A stretch of DNA of 53,674 bases from Myxococcota bacterium (lineage in GTDB: Bacteria > Myxococcota_A > UBA796 > GCA-2862545). This document shows, piece after piece, positions 50,363-53,674 of this stretch (the first letter of the stretch is position 1; each line of letters opens with the position of its first letter). The position numbers were made by a program, and so were the translations under genes. The notes beneath the pieces were generated by a model that was not told where the DNA came from, did no database searches, and saw only the letters and a list, made by a program, of their open reading frames with translations. The stretch spans positions 1-53,674 of the forward strand of contig JBCCQY010000052.1 of assembly GCA_039208735.1 (NCBI GenBank). Direction: 5' to 3'.

Positions 50363-51543
50363 AAAACGTTTGGTTGAACGTAACCATCATTGCGGCAATC
50401 CTCGGCGGTGCCGGTCTGGTCGCGGGGACCGTCGTCATGCTACGGCCCGAGGCCGACCGGCAAGCCCCCGAGGCGGTGGTGACGCGGGTCGAGATCATCG
50501 AGGTCCAACCCGAAGACAAGCCAGCGCAGATCAACGCGACCGGCACGGTGGAGGCGGCCCGTCAGATCACGTTGATGCCTCAAGTGAGCGGCCGCATCGT
50601 CTGGCAAAGCGACGAACTCATTCCCGGCAATCGCATCGAGAAAGGCACGGTGCTCGCCCGCATCGATCCTACGGACTATGCGCTCGCGGTCGAACAGTCG
50701 AAGAGTCAGCTGCGAGCTGCCGAGTTGGAACTCGAACTCGAGCAAGGCCGGCAAGCCGTCGCCGCGAAAGAATGGGCGCTGCTCGGCGACGGACGAAACT
50801 CCGTCGATGCTCCCCTCGCACTGCGCAAGCCGCAGCTCAAGGCCTCGGAGCAGTCGCTCACCGCGGCACGAGCCGCCTTGCGCCAGGCCGAATTGAACCT
50901 TCAGCGCACGTTTCTCGTCGCGCCGTTCAACGCCGTCATTCTGGAGGAATCGATCGATATCGGACAGGTCGTCGGGCCGACGACGACCGTGGCGAGCCTG
51001 CTTGGCACGGACGAAGTCTGGGTGAGGGTGTCGGTGCCCGTCGACCAGCTCTCCGCGGTGGTCCTCCCCAAGGGAGAGGCTCTGGGCTCGCCGACTCGTG
51101 TGGAGCAACGCCTCGCTACGGGCCGACTGGTCCGCAACGGTTCGGTAGCCCAGTTGCTCGCCCAACTCGACACCAACACCCGAACGGCCCAACTCTTGGT
51201 GGTCGTACCCAATCCGATGGAGGGCCCTGAAGGCTCGCTACCGTTGTTGCCAGGGGCATACGTGGACGTGGCGATCGACGGCCGCGTGCTGCGGCATGTC
51301 ATGACGATCCCGCGAACCGCACTCGACGGGGGCGACAAGGTGTGGACCGTCGAACGGGAGGGCACGTTGCAGGCGCGCACGGTCCGCGTAGGCTGGCGCG
51401 AGGCCGACGATGTGGTGGTGACCTCCGGCCTCGATGCGGGGAGTCGGGTGGTCGTGAGCCCACTCGCCTACCCCGTCGAGGGCATGCGAGTCGAAGCCAT
51501 GCCGGATCACGAAAGGGCATCCAACGCTGGTCAGGAGAGGTAA
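50359..51543 (+). CDS. RND efflux periplasmic adaptor (MFP)
   Basis: N-terminal TM, PQVSGRI, LARIDPTDY, APFNA, LLPGAYV and GLDAGSRVV; GTGA overlap with the TolC gene. Confidence 0.93.
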   Translation: MKNVWLNVTIIAAILGGAGLVAGTVVMLRPEADRQAPEAVVTRVEIIEVQPEDKPAQINATGTVEAARQITLMPQVSGRIVWQSDELIPGNRIEKGTVLARIDPTDYALAVEQSKSQLRAAELELELEQGRQAVAAKEWALLGDGRNSVDAPLALRKPQLKASEQSLTAARAALRQAELNLQRTFLVAPFNAVILEESIDIGQVVGPTTTVASLLGTDEVWVRVSVPVDQLSAVVLPKGEALGSPTRVEQRLATGRLVRNGSVAQLLAQLDTNTRTAQLLVVVPNPMEGPEGSLPLLPGAYVDVAIDGRVLRHVMTIPRTALDGGDKVWTVEREGTLQARTVRVGWREADDVVVTSGLDAGSRVVVSPLAYPVEGMRVEAMPDHERASNAGQER

Positions 51544-51546
51544 GCC

Positions 51547-53551
51547 ATGTCCGATCCCACAGAACGACCGGCAGAGGAGCCTTCCCCGTCCGGGGCCATC
51601 GCTTGGATGGCGCGAAACTCTGTTGCCGCCAACCTGTTGATGCTGATCATCATGCTGGGTGGCGTGTTCGGCCTGATGCGGGTGAAGCAGGAGGTCTTCC
51701 CAGCCTTCACGCTCGACATCGTCAGCGTGCGCATTCCTTATCCGGGCTCCAGCCCATCCGAGGTGGAACAGAGCATCAATCTCGCCGTTGAGGAAGAGAT
51801 ACGCGGCCTCGACGGTGTGAAGCGAGTCACGTCCACCGCCGCCGAAGGCATGGGCCAGATCAACGCAGAACTCTTGCTTGGCGTAAACCCAGACAAAGTG
51901 TTGGCCGAGGTCAAGACCGCGGTGGATCGAGTGTCCTCCATTCCGGAGGAGGCCGAGGAACCGATCGTCACGTTGGTGAGTCAGCGCGAGCAGGTCATCT
52001 CGCTGGTGCTGTCAGGCGATCAAGAGCTTCGCACGCTGCACGACATCGCCGAGAACATTCGGAATCGGATGCTCACCCATCCCGACGTCACCCAGGTGGA
52101 TCTCCAGGGCGTTCGTCCGTTGGAGATTGCGATTGAGGTACCGCAGGAGACGCTCGAAGCCTACGGCCTAACGCTCGACCAGATCGCAGCCCAGGTGCGG
52201 GCCTCGAGCATCGAACTCCCTGGGGGCGCACTCAAGACGAAAGGAGGCGAACTCCTCGTTCGCGTGGCCGACCGAAGGCTCGAAGGCTTCCAGTTCGAAA
52301 ACATCGTCATCAAAGGGTCGTCCCAGGGCGGTGACCTACGCCTTGGCGACATCGCAAACGTGATCGACGGCTACGCCGATGTCGACCTTTACAACTACTT
52401 CGATGGCGCGCCCGCCGTGCGCATCGTGGCCTTCCGGATCGGCAACGAGACTCCGCAACAGGTCGCCGATGCGGTCAAGGCCCTGAAGACAGAACTGGAG
52501 CGGGAACTGCCCGAGAACCTCTCGCTCGCCATCTGGAGCGACGACTCCGAGTTTCTCCGGGGCCGAATCGACCTGCTCACTCGCAACGCGTGGATGGGCA
52601 TGATCTTGGTGCTGCTCGTGCTCACCGCGTTTCTCGATCTGCGTCTCGCCACCTGGGTGGGGCTCGGCATCCCCATTTCGATCCTCGGGGCGTTTGCGGT
52701 AATGCCTGCGGTCGACGTCTCGGTGAATATGATCAGCCTGTTCGCGTTCATCATTACGCTGGGCATGGTCGTCGATGACGCCATCGTCGTGGGTGAGAAC
52801 ATCTACGAAGCGGAAAAGCGTGGTGTTCCAAGGATGAAGGCGGCCATTCAAGGTGCACAACAAATGGTCGTGCCCGTATCGTTCTCCATCCTCACCACCT
52901 TGATTATGTTCACGCCGATGCTGTTCGTGCCCGGATTCATGGGTAAGATCTTCGGGATCATGCCTCGGCTGGTCATCCTGGTCTTACTGTTTAGCTGGCT
53001 CGAGAGCTTCTTCGTGTTGCCCGCCCATCTGGGTCACAGCAGCGGTGGCATCGGTCGCATTTTTCCGCCGGCGCGATGGGTGACCGAGGGCATCGCGCGG
53101 CTTCGCGCTCCGATCGAGCGCGGCCTCGTCACGTTTCGCGACCACTGGTACGCGCCCACTGCGGAGCGACTGATCACGTGGCGCTATGTGTCGGTTGCGG
53201 GTGGCTTCGCCCTGTTCATCCTCACCCTTGGCATCATCGGATCGGGGTTGGTCCCCCAGACCTTCTTCCCCAAGCTCGAAGGTGATCTGGTTACGGGCTC
53301 AGCCCAATTCCCGTATGGAACTCCAGTCTCGCGAACCGCAGAGGTGCAGCGCGAACTCGAGGCGGCGGCCCAACGCGCCATCGAGGAAGCTGGGCCGGAG
53401 GTGTTCAAGGGCATGTATACGTCGCTCGGGGCCGGTCCCCAGAGCCAGAATGGATCACGAGAAGAAGGCGGTCATATGGTGGCCGTCGAGATTCAGCTGG
53501 TCCCCACTGGAGAACGAAATCTCTCGTCGCAGGAATTCTCCAACCTCTGGT
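51547..53551 (+). CDS. AcrB/AcrD/AcrF-family RND permease, 3'-incomplete
   Basis: Hand-translated MSDPTERP...AIAWMARNSVAANLLM...EVFP...YPGSSPSEVE...LGMVVDDAIVVGENI. No stop is reached before the terminal inversion, so it is absent from the ORF track. Confidence 0.93.
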
Positions 53552-53674
53552 CCGGCCCCGAGCGACGTATACATGCCCTTGAACACCTCCGGCCCAGCTT
53601 CCTCGATGGCGCGTTGGGCCGCCGCCTCGAGTTCGCGCTGCACCTCTGCGGTTCGCGAGACTGGAGTTCCATAC
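53313..53674. repeat. perfect 123-bp inverted repeat (53313-53435 vs 53552-53674), a fold-back at the sequence end
   Basis: The last 123 nt are the reverse complement of RND coding sequence located 116 nt upstream. Confidence 0.95.

Noticed and set aside
53455..53643. 62-aa minus-strand ORF with RND-like sequence
   Set aside because: Product of the terminal inverted duplication, not a separate gene.

Overview
This is a high-GC bacterial window, most consistent with a Myxococcota/deltaproteobacterial lineage (Cys-rich myxobacterial repeats, a DUF1552 remnant, MxcH/MxcI-like genes, delta-type Fur boxes) and possibly marine (nqrA). Bases 1-17.5 kb are intact housekeeping and envelope genes: nqrA (5' part, absent from the ORF track), lnt, an enoyl-CoA hydratase, groES-groEL, a retropepsin-like protease, trkH, SRAP, a coupled Lnb/DUF4105-like + degenerate signal peptidase I pair, a soluble PAS chemoreceptor, a ChaC-like gene and tRNA-Asn(GTT). 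The tRNA 3' end is duplicated about 100 bp downstream. From there to about 43 kb lies an accessory region full of frameshifted, truncated and deletion-fused remnants (subtilase, DUF1016, TSP3 repeats, SDR, APH, two LysR, DUF1552, IS1182, IS630). Intact genes survive among them: an uncharacterised translationally coupled two-gene pair, several surface proteins, a GT-C-like membrane protein, and a Fur-boxed TonB receptor/lipoprotein/methyltransferase module. The right end holds TetR, a second MxcI-like lipoprotein, a 21-codon mini-ORF and an ABC permease/pseudo-M1 fusion, divergent from a TolC-MFP-RND operon. The last 123 bp are a fold-back inversion that is probably an artifact. All family assignments come from motif recognition by eye; no database searches were run.
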